DNA from: Deinococcales bacterium
Lineage (GTDB): Bacteria; Deinococcota; Deinococci; Deinococcales; JAAFIG01
Direction: 5' to 3'
NCBI GenBank assembly: GCA_031414595.1
Contig: JANNVX010000070.1
Location: 1-42,479, forward strand
Length of the DNA stretch: 42,479 nucleotides
Positions 34,342 through 42,479 of this stretch are shown in pieces; positions within the stretch are counted from its first letter, which is position 1, and the number at the start of each line of letters is the position of its first letter. The position numbers and the translations under genes were made by a program. The notes under the pieces were generated by a model that was not told the DNA's origin, made no database searches, and was given only the letters and a program-made list of their open reading frames with translations.

Positions 34342-36543
34342 ATGAAACGATTCTCGGTGGTGCTGGCTGGAATTTTTGCAATGGCATGTGGCAGTATTTC
34401 CAATTCGGCTATACCCAATGGCATATCACCAATTGTATTTGTGACTCAAGTACCGATTGCCCCAGACTTTACAACCATTGGTTCGACTTTTGGCAATCAT
34501 TTAGCCAGCATGGAAGCTGCTGCTCGAGGCGGCGATTTATATATTCGCTATCCCGACGGCAAACTGAAGAACTTAACTGCAACGGCGGGTTTTGGTCTGG
34601 CAAACGGTTTACAAGGTGCAAAAGCCATTGCCGTGCGAGACCCACATGTTTATTGGGATGGCAAAAAGGTCTTGTTTAGCATGGTGGTTGGAGCGCCGAG
34701 TAAGCAGTACGAGTACAACGATTATTTTTGGCAAATCTATGAAGTCACTAATCTCGAGGCAAACCAAACCCCAGTCATTACAAAAATTGCCAATCAACCC
34801 AACTACAATAATGTTTCGCCGATTTACGGCACAGATGACCGAATCATTTTTACCTCTGACCGCCCAAGGGATAACTCGAGTCACCTCTATCCGCAGCGCG
34901 ACGAGTACGAATCGGCGTTTACCAACACTGGACTGTGGAGCTTAGAGCGAAGCAGTGGCAACTTAAAACTCCTCAATCATGCCCCAAGTGGCAATTTCAC
35001 GCCAACTTTAGATAGTTTTGGGCGAATTATTTTTACTCAGTGGGACCACTTAAAACGCGATCAGCAAGCCGATGCCGATAAATATGCAGGTGGCTCGAGT
35101 GGCACATTTAATTTTGCTTCGGAAGCTGCCAATGCTGCTAAGTCAAGCAGCCGTGCCGAAGTTTTCCCAGAGCCTCGAGTTGACCAAGAAATCGCTGGCA
35201 CAAACCTCAATAAACACGACTTCAATCAGTTTTTTCCGTGGATGATTCTCGAGGATGGCACAGAATCCGAAACCCTCAACCATGCTGGACGGCACGAACT
35301 GATGAGCGGTGATGCCAGAGGTTATATTGAACCAAGTCTGACCGACGACAGCGCCTTGCAAACTTTTAGCCCACCGAATTTAAGCAAAAATACCAATTAC
35401 ATCGAAAACATGTTCCAAATTAAAGAAGACCCAAGTCGTTTAGGAACTTACATTGGGATTAACGCCCCAGAATTTAATACCCATGCTTCTGGACAAATTG
35501 TCAGTTTGAACGGTGCGCCAAACGTAGCCGTCAATGACATGAAAATCAGCTATATCACGGCTCGAGCCACAGCGAATCCGTCACCAGACAACGCGGCAGC
35601 GAATCCAGAACACTCGGGGATGTACCGCGACCCATTGCCGCTTAAAAGTGGCGATTTGATTGTTGCCCACACCTCGGAAACTCGAGCCGATAAGTCTGGC
35701 AACAGCATGACCGCTTCGCGCTATGCCTACCGCCTGAAAACCACAAAAAAACTTGCCAATGGTCTTTACAGTGCCGACCAAGCCTTGACCACTGGCATCA
35801 GCAAAACCCTTGAATTCTGGAGTCCAGATGCCAAAGTCACCTATTCTGGCAACCTTTGGGAATTGCAACCTGTAGAACTGACTGCCCGCCCCCGTCCAGC
35901 CAAACGCACCGAACCACTGCCCAGTCTCGAGCAGCAAGTTCTTAATCAAGCTGGGGTCAACGAAACCGCCCTAAAAACCTACCTGACCAACAATAACCTT
36001 GCCTTAGCCGTGGTTCGCAATGTCACAACAAGGGATGCCGCCGATAAACAACAGCCTTTTCACTTAAAAGTTCCGGGCGGCGTACAGAGCTTAGGAGCAG
36101 ATTACAGTGCTGGTCAAAAAATTTATGAAGTGGCAAAATTGCAATTCTTCCAAGCCGATTTAATTCGTGGTTATGGTGGCACAGCCGACCCACGCGAAGG
36201 ACGACGGGTACTTGCCCAAGTGCTACACGACACCAAGGCAATCTCGAGCAACACTGCCTTTGCCGATTTCACCCCAAGTAACGGCAGTGTGACCGTCTCG
36301 AGTGATGGCAGTGCCGCCGCCTTTGTACCAGCTAAACGCGCCCTTAGCTGGCAACTGACCGATGCGGCTGGAACTGGAGTGGTGCGCGAGCGGTACTGGG
36401 TGACTTTTCAACCCGGAGAAGTGCGGGTTTGTACCAGTTGCCATGGCTTAAATGACAAAGACCAAGCTGGAAAAGGTGTGCCAAACAATGCCCCCAAAGC
36501 CCTGCTCGAGTTGTTAAAAAAATGGAAAATTGCTAATCCTTAG
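34342..36543 (+). CDS. Lipoprotein, TolB/WD40-like propeller plus HZS-alpha-like C-terminal region with CxxCH
   Basis: Lipobox-like AMAC, VRDP...DGKKVLFSM, DDRIIFTSDRP and ERYWVTFQPGEVRVCTSCHG. Confidence 0.75.
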   Translation: MKRFSVVLAGIFAMACGSISNSAIPNGISPIVFVTQVPIAPDFTTIGSTFGNHLASMEAAARGGDLYIRYPDGKLKNLTATAGFGLANGLQGAKAIAVRDPHVYWDGKKVLFSMVVGAPSKQYEYNDYFWQIYEVTNLEANQTPVITKIANQPNYNNVSPIYGTDDRIIFTSDRPRDNSSHLYPQRDEYESAFTNTGLWSLERSSGNLKLLNHAPSGNFTPTLDSFGRIIFTQWDHLKRDQQADADKYAGGSSGTFNFASEAANAAKSSSRAEVFPEPRVDQEIAGTNLNKHDFNQFFPWMILEDGTESETLNHAGRHELMSGDARGYIEPSLTDDSALQTFSPPNLSKNTNYIENMFQIKEDPSRLGTYIGINAPEFNTHASGQIVSLNGAPNVAVNDMKISYITARATANPSPDNAAANPEHSGMYRDPLPLKSGDLIVAHTSETRADKSGNSMTASRYAYRLKTTKKLANGLYSADQALTTGISKTLEFWSPDAKVTYSGNLWELQPVELTARPRPAKRTEPLPSLEQQVLNQAGVNETALKTYLTNNNLALAVVRNVTTRDAADKQQPFHLKVPGGVQSLGADYSAGQKIYEVAKLQFFQADLIRGYGGTADPREGRRVLAQVLHDTKAISSNTAFADFTPSNGSVTVSSDGSAAAFVPAKRALSWQLTDAAGTGVVRERYWVTFQPGEVRVCTSCHGLNDKDQAGKGVPNNAPKALLELLKKWKIANP

Positions 36544-37828
36544 TGAAAACCAAATCCCCTTCAACCCAAACTTGTTGCACATCGGTGGCACTGCCAAGGG
36601 TAAACACCCCAGCCAGCAACCGCTCGAGGCTCTCGGTATGCTGCATCAAGACCGCCAACGGCGATTGTTCGGGCGGACGCAAATACACCGCGTCAAATGC
36701 TTTACCACTCGAGAAATCCCCAGTTAAGTCTTGTAAATTCAGGGCTTCTGCTCCGGCTCGAGTAATCAGGTATAAGAGTTGGCTTGGACTCAGTTTTTCG
36801 CCGTCTGGCATCAGTTGCTGCATAAAATAGGCTTGCAATCCTTCTTTAAGCATTCCAAAACCCGTTCCGCCACCGACATCTGTGCCAATTGCCACATGAA
36901 CACCAGCCTTTAAGTGCCGCCTGAGTGGAAAAAAACCACTGCCTAGGCTCGAGTTGCTACAAGGGCAATGTGAGGCACTGGCTTTAGCATTTGCCATGCG
37001 TTGTAACTCGGAATCTGAGGCGTGAAGGTTATGTGCCAGAACCGATTGGCGTGAAATGAGACCCGCTTGTTCATAAGTCTCTAAGTAATCATTTGCAACA
37101 GGAAATAAGCCACGCACCGTTTCTATTTCTTGTCGGTTCTCGTTGATGTGACTGGTAAAACGCACTGTTGGGAATTCTTTCAGCAGTACAGCACAAGCCT
37201 CGAGAATCCCCTCAGAAGCCGATAAAGAAAATCTTGGCGTGACGGCGTACAACAAGCGCTCTTGTTCATGAAACGCCTCGATGAGTGCCTTGCCCTCGGC
37301 ATACGCCAAATCTGGGGTGGTGTGCAATTCTGGGCGCAGTAACCTGTCCGAGACCACTTGCCCAGCCACGATTCTAAGCCCAGACTGCTTGGCTTCGGCA
37401 AAAAAAACCCGCATTGCACTAGCAAAATGCGAACCAAAAACAAGGGCTGTGGTTGTGCCATGCGACACCAAACCATGCAAAAATTCTTTTGCTACAGCAC
37501 GGGCAAAAACGGCATCGCCAAATTTGGCTTCGGTTGGCAAGGTGTTCTTCTCGAGCCATTCAAGTAAGCCCATGCCCAAGCCGCCCAGCACCCTCCCTTG
37601 CGGATAATGCACATGGGTGTCAATGAACCCGGGCAGCAACAACCCACCGCGCAAATCAATAATTTCGGCTTCTGGGAACTGAGACTGAACCAGACTAAAA
37701 TCAGCGCACTGCACAATTCTTCCAGCCTGATTGACCAACACTGCGCCATCTTCTAGCGCTACCAAAGCATCAGGATTGCTAAAGGCATTGTCTGGCGTGT
37801 GCAGAATACTCGAGCGGTAAAGTTTCAT
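36533..37828 (-). CDS. guaD: Guanine deaminase
   Basis: PGFIDTHVHYPQ, YAVTPRF, SHINEN, CPCSNSSLGSG and GTDVGGGT. TGATG coupling to the HEPN gene. Confidence 0.95.
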   Translation of the reverse strand: MKLYRSSILHTPDNAFSNPDALVALEDGAVLVNQAGRIVQCADFSLVQSQFPEAEIIDLRGGLLLPGFIDTHVHYPQGRVLGGLGMGLLEWLEKNTLPTEAKFGDAVFARAVAKEFLHGLVSHGTTTALVFGSHFASAMRVFFAEAKQSGLRIVAGQVVSDRLLRPELHTTPDLAYAEGKALIEAFHEQERLLYAVTPRFSLSASEGILEACAVLLKEFPTVRFTSHINENRQEIETVRGLFPVANDYLETYEQAGLISRQSVLAHNLHASDSELQRMANAKASASHCPCSNSSLGSGFFPLRRHLKAGVHVAIGTDVGGGTGFGMLKEGLQAYFMQQLMPDGEKLSPSQLLYLITRAGAEALNLQDLTGDFSSGKAFDAVYLRPPEQSPLAVLMQHTESLERLLAGVFTLGSATDVQQVWVEGDLVFTKD

Positions 37829-38202
37829 CACGAGCGATTCTCGAGCCAATTTTTCAATTGAACTGACAGCGCCAAGCAGAATTTGGTTGCTTTATCCGCA
37901 TCTTCAAGACCAACCTGACGTTTTGGATAACGCGCAGTTGTACCATATGGCGTAATTATCGCAAGCATCATTTCATCAAACTCCAATCGCACTTTAGAAC
38001 TCACTGTGTCCCAGAGTTCGACCAAATCGTGGGTCATTGGTGGATACATTTCAAGTTCAATCCAAACAGCTTTCAGTAATTTCTCGAGAATCTGCTGTGT
38101 TAAAACGGCTGCGTTATTTGGTGCATATTCTAATTCTATTCGTGACAGTACATAAATATCTTCTTCGGCACGTTCAAGCCAAGCTCTGGTTTGTTTTCTC
38201 AT
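37828..38202 (-). CDS. HEPN-domain protein
   Basis: WLERAEEDI, QQILEKLLKA, PPMTHDLVEL and ARYP. Confidence 0.88.
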   Translation of the reverse strand: MRKQTRAWLERAEEDIYVLSRIELEYAPNNAAVLTQQILEKLLKAVWIELEMYPPMTHDLVELWDTVSSKVRLEFDEMMLAIITPYGTTARYPKRQVGLEDADKATKFCLALSVQLKNWLENRS

Positions 38203-38521
38203 AGACCACCTTACTGTGCTGCATGGCTTGCCAAACAAAATCATTCTTCTCGAGCAAGCTGGTTTCAAGCTCAAATGGGGTCAAAACAGCAATATCCAAG
38301 GCAAACCGACGAGGACGAGCCACAAACAATGCCTTAGCAGCTAATTTCAAAGGATTCTCAAGGGAATTACAAATCAGCATTAAGTCATAGTCTGAATCTG
38401 TACGTGAGTCATTTCGGGCGCGTGAGCCAAACAAGATAATCTTTTCAGGAGACAATTCACGAACGATGGTCTGAAGCGCATCTTCAAAACTCAAGCTGAT
38501 TTGTGAGGATGTTTGGTTCAT
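38174..38521 (-). CDS. Minimal nucleotidyltransferase (MNT) antitoxin
   Basis: PEKIILFGSRAR...DSDYDL. A TAAAAT box 6 nt before ATG 38521 (ORF open from 38527). Confidence 0.9.
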   Translation of the reverse strand: MNQTSSQISLSFEDALQTIVRELSPEKIILFGSRARNDSRTDSDYDLMLICNSLENPLKLAAKALFVARPRRFALDIAVLTPFELETSLLEKNDFVWQAMQHSKVVYEKTNQSLA

Positions 38522-38539
38522 AAACATATTTTAGCACGT

Positions 38540-40831
38540 TCATAATTTTAATTTTGCCTTTTTGATCGCCCAAAAAACCGCTTCTGGGGTGGCTGGTGAA
38601 GCCAACTCGAGACTGCCTCTGTGTCCAAACGCCATTGCCGCACTTCTTAAGGCTTCGCGTACCGAAATCGCCAGCATGACGGGTGGCTCACCAACGGCTT
38701 TAGAGCCGTAAACCACACCAGATTCGGTGGCATCTTGTAGGAACGCCACCTTAAACACCTCGGGCATTTCCGAAAAACTTGGTAATTTATAGGTACTGGC
38801 ACTTTGGGTGGACAGCCGTCCTTTAGCGTCCCAACGTAAATCTTCTAAAGTCAGCCAGCCCACACCTTGAATAAAGCCACCTTCGATTTGCCCAAGGTCA
38901 ATCATCGGACTTAAAGAATCGCCAATATCGTGCAGAATATCCACCCGACGCAGGGTGTACGCGCCTGTAAAACCATCTATTTCGACTTCGGAGACAGAAG
39001 CGCCGTAAGCAAAATACTTGAATGGATGTCCGAACATCGCCACCCGATCCCAGTGCAGACCTTCGGTGCGAAAAAAACCAGAAGCAAACAGCGAAACCCG
39101 CTTAAAGTAGGCTTCCGAAACAATTTCGGCAAAAGCAACGGCTTTTTGTGGATAACCAATCGGAAACACTTTCCCACTCGAGAAAATCACATCATCTGGA
39201 TGCACCCCTAAACGGCTCGAGGCAATCGTGGCAAGACGTGACTTTATTTGTTCACAAGCATTCTTGACCGCGCCACCATTTAAGTCTGTGCTGCTCGAGG
39301 CGGCGGTGGCACTGGTATTGGGGACTTTATCGGTTCGGGTCGGCGCAAGCCGCACATTCTCGAGATTCACACCCAGAGCAGTCGCCGCAATTTGCAGCAT
39401 TTTGGTGTGTAAACCCTGTCCCATTTCTGTCCCGCCGTGGTTAATTAGCACACTGCCATCTTTGTACACCAGCACCAGAGCGCCCGCTTGGTTGTATGCA
39501 GTAAAATTAAAAGCAATTCCAAATTTGACAGGGGTGATACTGATGGCGCGTTTTTGATTTGGATGCTTGGCATTAAATTCGGCAATCCCCTTTTGACGTT
39601 GCTGAAAATCACTGGTCTCGAGTAAATTTTGCCAAACTCGAGTCATTCGGTCTGAATCTTTGACAGCTTGCCCATATGGTGTGGTTTGACCAGCTTGATA
39701 AAAGTTTTTGGCACGTAATTCTTCGCACTCTATACCCAAAAGTGGCGCGACTCGCCCAAGAATATCTTCTATCACCAGCATCCCTTGAGGTCCGCCAAAA
39801 CCCCGAAACGCCGTCTGTGAAGTTTTATGGGTTTTACAAACCCGACCTTCTATTCGGATATTGGGAATAAAATAGGCGTTGTCTATATGGCAAAGCGCCC
39901 TTGCCAGCACAGGTTCAGATAAATCTAAGCTCCATCCACCATCAGAAAATAATTCCGCCTCGAGTGCCAGAATTTTAGAGTTGCCATCAAAACCAATTTT
40001 CCAACGCGCCAAGAACGGATGGCGTTTACCCGTCATGGTCATGTCTTGGGTGCGATTCAAACGCAAACGCACAGGTCGCCCTGTCAGGGTTGCGCCGAGT
40101 GCCGCAATAGCCGCAAAGCCATGTGGCTGCATTTCCTTGCCGCCAAAACCACCGCCCATACGTAAACACTGCACCGTTACGGCGTGGCTTGGTAAGCCCA
40201 GCACATGGGCAACAATTTCTTGGGTTTCGGTGGGATGCTGCGTACTGCACTGCACAAAAACCTGACCAGATTCATCTATGGTGGCAAGCGAAGCATGGGT
40301 CTCGAGATAAAAATGTTCTTGCCCACCGATTTCAAATTCGCCACTAAACACATGGGTTGCATTTTTGATCAGGGCAATATCGCCGCGTTGTAATAGTTGC
40401 GGACTCCCTTGGAAAGACTCGAGTTTAACCGCATCTTGTAGGGTAATGACCGCTTCCAGAATTTCGTACTCGACTTGCACGGCTGCCGCTCCAAGACGGG
40501 CTGCCTCGAGTGAATCTGCTAAAACCCAACAAACGGCATGACCGACAAACATCACTTCACTTGGAAAAAGTGGCTCGTCATGCTTTACCCCCGCGTCATT
40601 GACCCCAAGCACATCGGAAGCCGTCAAGACCCGCACCACTCCTGCCACTTCGAGCGCGGCTGCAACCTCGAGACGCACCACCCGAGCATGGGCATGGGGC
40701 GACTGCACAGGGTAAGCATGAAGCAAATTGCTTAAGCGCCCGCCAAGGTCATCGGTGTACAGGGCTTGCCCAGTCACATGTAAGGCTGCGCTCTCGTGCG
40801 AAATAGATTGACCTACAGGACGCAAGCTCAT
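38540..40831 (-). CDS. xdhB: Xanthine dehydrogenase molybdopterin-binding subunit
   Basis: HESAALHVTG, GGQEHFYLE, RMGGGFGGKE, AFRGFGGPQG, GTEMGQGL and SKAVGEPP. Confidence 0.97.
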   Translation of the reverse strand: MSLRPVGQSISHESAALHVTGQALYTDDLGGRLSNLLHAYPVQSPHAHARVVRLEVAAALEVAGVVRVLTASDVLGVNDAGVKHDEPLFPSEVMFVGHAVCWVLADSLEAARLGAAAVQVEYEILEAVITLQDAVKLESFQGSPQLLQRGDIALIKNATHVFSGEFEIGGQEHFYLETHASLATIDESGQVFVQCSTQHPTETQEIVAHVLGLPSHAVTVQCLRMGGGFGGKEMQPHGFAAIAALGATLTGRPVRLRLNRTQDMTMTGKRHPFLARWKIGFDGNSKILALEAELFSDGGWSLDLSEPVLARALCHIDNAYFIPNIRIEGRVCKTHKTSQTAFRGFGGPQGMLVIEDILGRVAPLLGIECEELRAKNFYQAGQTTPYGQAVKDSDRMTRVWQNLLETSDFQQRQKGIAEFNAKHPNQKRAISITPVKFGIAFNFTAYNQAGALVLVYKDGSVLINHGGTEMGQGLHTKMLQIAATALGVNLENVRLAPTRTDKVPNTSATAASSSTDLNGGAVKNACEQIKSRLATIASSRLGVHPDDVIFSSGKVFPIGYPQKAVAFAEIVSEAYFKRVSLFASGFFRTEGLHWDRVAMFGHPFKYFAYGASVSEVEIDGFTGAYTLRRVDILHDIGDSLSPMIDLGQIEGGFIQGVGWLTLEDLRWDAKGRLSTQSASTYKLPSFSEMPEVFKVAFLQDATESGVVYGSKAVGEPPVMLAISVREALRSAAMAFGHRGSLELASPATPEAVFWAIKKAKLKL

Positions 40832-42210
40832 AGATTTACCTCGGCAAAGAATTTAAGCATGAGTTGCTCGAGCATGGCTTTTCGGTAGGCAGCACTGGCT
40901 CGGTGGTCGTCAAGTGGCGTACCAGAATTTGCCATTAGTCTAGCGGCGGCTTGGGCATTCTCGAGATTCCAGATTTGACCAATTAAAAACCTTTCAGTCT
41001 CGAGCGCCCGAATTGGTGTGGCAGCCACGCCACCAAGTCCAATTTTAATCTCTTTCACCACATTATTCTCGAGCCGTAGGGCAATGCCAACCGATACGCT
41101 GCTGATGTCATCCATTTTGCGCTTGGAGATTTTATAGAATTTGGCGGTTTGGGCTAGTGGCAAAGGAATCCGAATAGATTTAATGATTTCGTTAGGTTGG
41201 CGCACGGTTTTTCGATAGCCCGTAAAGTATAACTCTAACGGCACAATGCGTTGACCGCTTTTTGAGACCAGCACCACACTTGCACCCAATGCCAATAAAA
41301 CTGGGGGCGAATCGCCAATTGGTGAGGCTGTACCAATGTTACCGCCAAGCGTGGCACTGTTGCGAATTAAGCGCGAGGCAAACATTGGAAACCATTCTTG
41401 TAAAAGTGGAATCTTATCACCTAGCCGATGCTCGAGTTCGGACAAGGTTAAGGCTGCACCGAGTTCAACAAAATCTGGATTCCACTCCACTTGACGCAGT
41501 TCTGGCAAATGGTCAATCGCAATCTGCACCGTCGCCCTCGAGAAGCGCAAATTGATCTCAACCCCCCAATCTGTTCCACCCGCTACAAGTTTGGCGCTTG
41601 GGTTCTTCTCGAGCAGATTAAGTGCTTCCTCGAGATTGGCTGGACGATAAAAAACCGCATTCTCTGATTCCAGCACCACGGCTCGAGCGTCTGGGGCTGG
41701 CTGGTTTTGACGCAACCACAACACATCGCTGACTTTTGGGAAACCCAAACCAAAAGCTGCATCCTTAATCGAACGATAACCCGTACAGCGACATAAATTC
41801 CCAGACAATGCCTCAAGGTCAAAGTTTGTGCGGTTTGGACGGTAATACTCATCCGTCATACTCGAGATAAACCCCGGAGTGCAGTACCCACACTGCGAAC
41901 CGCCAGTACCCACCATTGCTGTTTGGACTGGATGCAAATTGTCAGGTGTGCCAAGTCCTTCGGCGGTGATAATCTCTTGACCGCCCAAACCCGCCATTAA
42001 GACCAAACAAGCATTGACCGAAGTCAGTCTCGAGCCACTGCCAGCCGCTTTGGTTAAAAGCACCGCACAAGCGCCGCATTCGCCTTCGGCGCAACCTTCT
42101 TTACAACCCGCTAAACCCGAATCTCGCAGCCAATTGAGTAAGGTCGTGTGCGGTTCACAATTTGTAGCGATGGTGGGCTTGCCGTTCAAGACAAGGTTAA
42201 TTTCTGACAT
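40828..42210 (-). CDS. xdhA: Xanthine dehydrogenase small subunit (2Fe-2S + FAD)
   Basis: KEGCAEGECGAC, QCGYCTPG, GNLCRCTGY, AGGTD, IRNSATLGGN and KISKRKMDDIS. Confidence 0.97.
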   Translation of the reverse strand: MSEINLVLNGKPTIATNCEPHTTLLNWLRDSGLAGCKEGCAEGECGACAVLLTKAAGSGSRLTSVNACLVLMAGLGGQEIITAEGLGTPDNLHPVQTAMVGTGGSQCGYCTPGFISSMTDEYYRPNRTNFDLEALSGNLCRCTGYRSIKDAAFGLGFPKVSDVLWLRQNQPAPDARAVVLESENAVFYRPANLEEALNLLEKNPSAKLVAGGTDWGVEINLRFSRATVQIAIDHLPELRQVEWNPDFVELGAALTLSELEHRLGDKIPLLQEWFPMFASRLIRNSATLGGNIGTASPIGDSPPVLLALGASVVLVSKSGQRIVPLELYFTGYRKTVRQPNEIIKSIRIPLPLAQTAKFYKISKRKMDDISSVSVGIALRLENNVVKEIKIGLGGVAATPIRALETERFLIGQIWNLENAQAAARLMANSGTPLDDHRASAAYRKAMLEQLMLKFFAEVNL

Positions 42211-42319
42211 GAGCTAATTTACAATAGAATTCGTGAACTTTGGTAGTTATGAATCACCGTTTAGAGCCTCCGAAAGAATAGAATATCATCGTTAAGTGTT
42301 TCCCGTGTAAACTACAAGA

Positions 42320-42479
42320 ATGTGTAGACCAAGATTTATCAAATTAAGCCCAGAAGAAGATAGCCAATTACGCCAACTCGAGCAAGCCCACGGAATTCAC
42401 CCTAAAGTTCGTCTGAGAGCCAGTATTCTACGTTTAAGTAATCAGGGTTTTACAGTGGCGCAACTGGTTCGACATTTTG
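42320..42479 (+). mobile_element. 5' part of a probable IS630-family transposase (N-terminal HTH), runs off the window
   Basis: MCRPRFIKLSPEEDSQLRQLEQAHGIHPKVRLRASILRLSNQGFTVAQLVRHF matches the L..EE...L...R.RA.IL.L...G pattern of IS630 N-termini. TAAACT lies 6 nt upstream. Confidence 0.7.

Noticed and set aside
42240-42319. Left inverted repeat of the IS630-like element
   Set aside because: Several TA candidates exist and the right end is outside the window, so the boundary cannot be fixed.

Overview
A ~42.5 kb bacterial chromosomal window, most likely Deinococcota. This is inferred from the Deinococcus-like CarA N-terminus and from TAnnnT -10 boxes sitting 5-8 nt upstream of many start codons (leaderless transcription). 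The housekeeping backbone is spoIID-like, truA, a ubiD-family decarboxylase, carA, an Fe3+/AfuABC-type ABC transporter, a Na/Pi cotransporter, dedA, azlCD and xdhAB-guaD. Accessory DNA is interleaved with it. (1) At 1-4.8 kb is an array of toxin-antitoxin/defence cassettes: vapBC, an xisI remnant, relE-HTH, xisHI, AAA ATPase + PIN and a C5-methylase remnant. It is punctuated by a ~55-bp direct repeat and hit twice by a 191-bp MITE carrying GTAG-type REP hairpins. (2) At 9.3-12.6 kb is a cluster of orphan immunity-like/barstar-fusion genes bracketed by a duplicated GNAT 3' end. (3) Further small modules are Uma2, DUF4258-remnant/YgiT, hicAB, MNT-HEPN inside the xdh operon and a PadR-linked tandem membrane-protein array. 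(4) An IS630-like transposase begins at the right edge. Across the window the palindrome CTCGAG is very strongly over-represented in all reading frames, resembling the cyanobacterial HIP1 phenomenon. All family assignments come from motif recognition by eye, without database searches.
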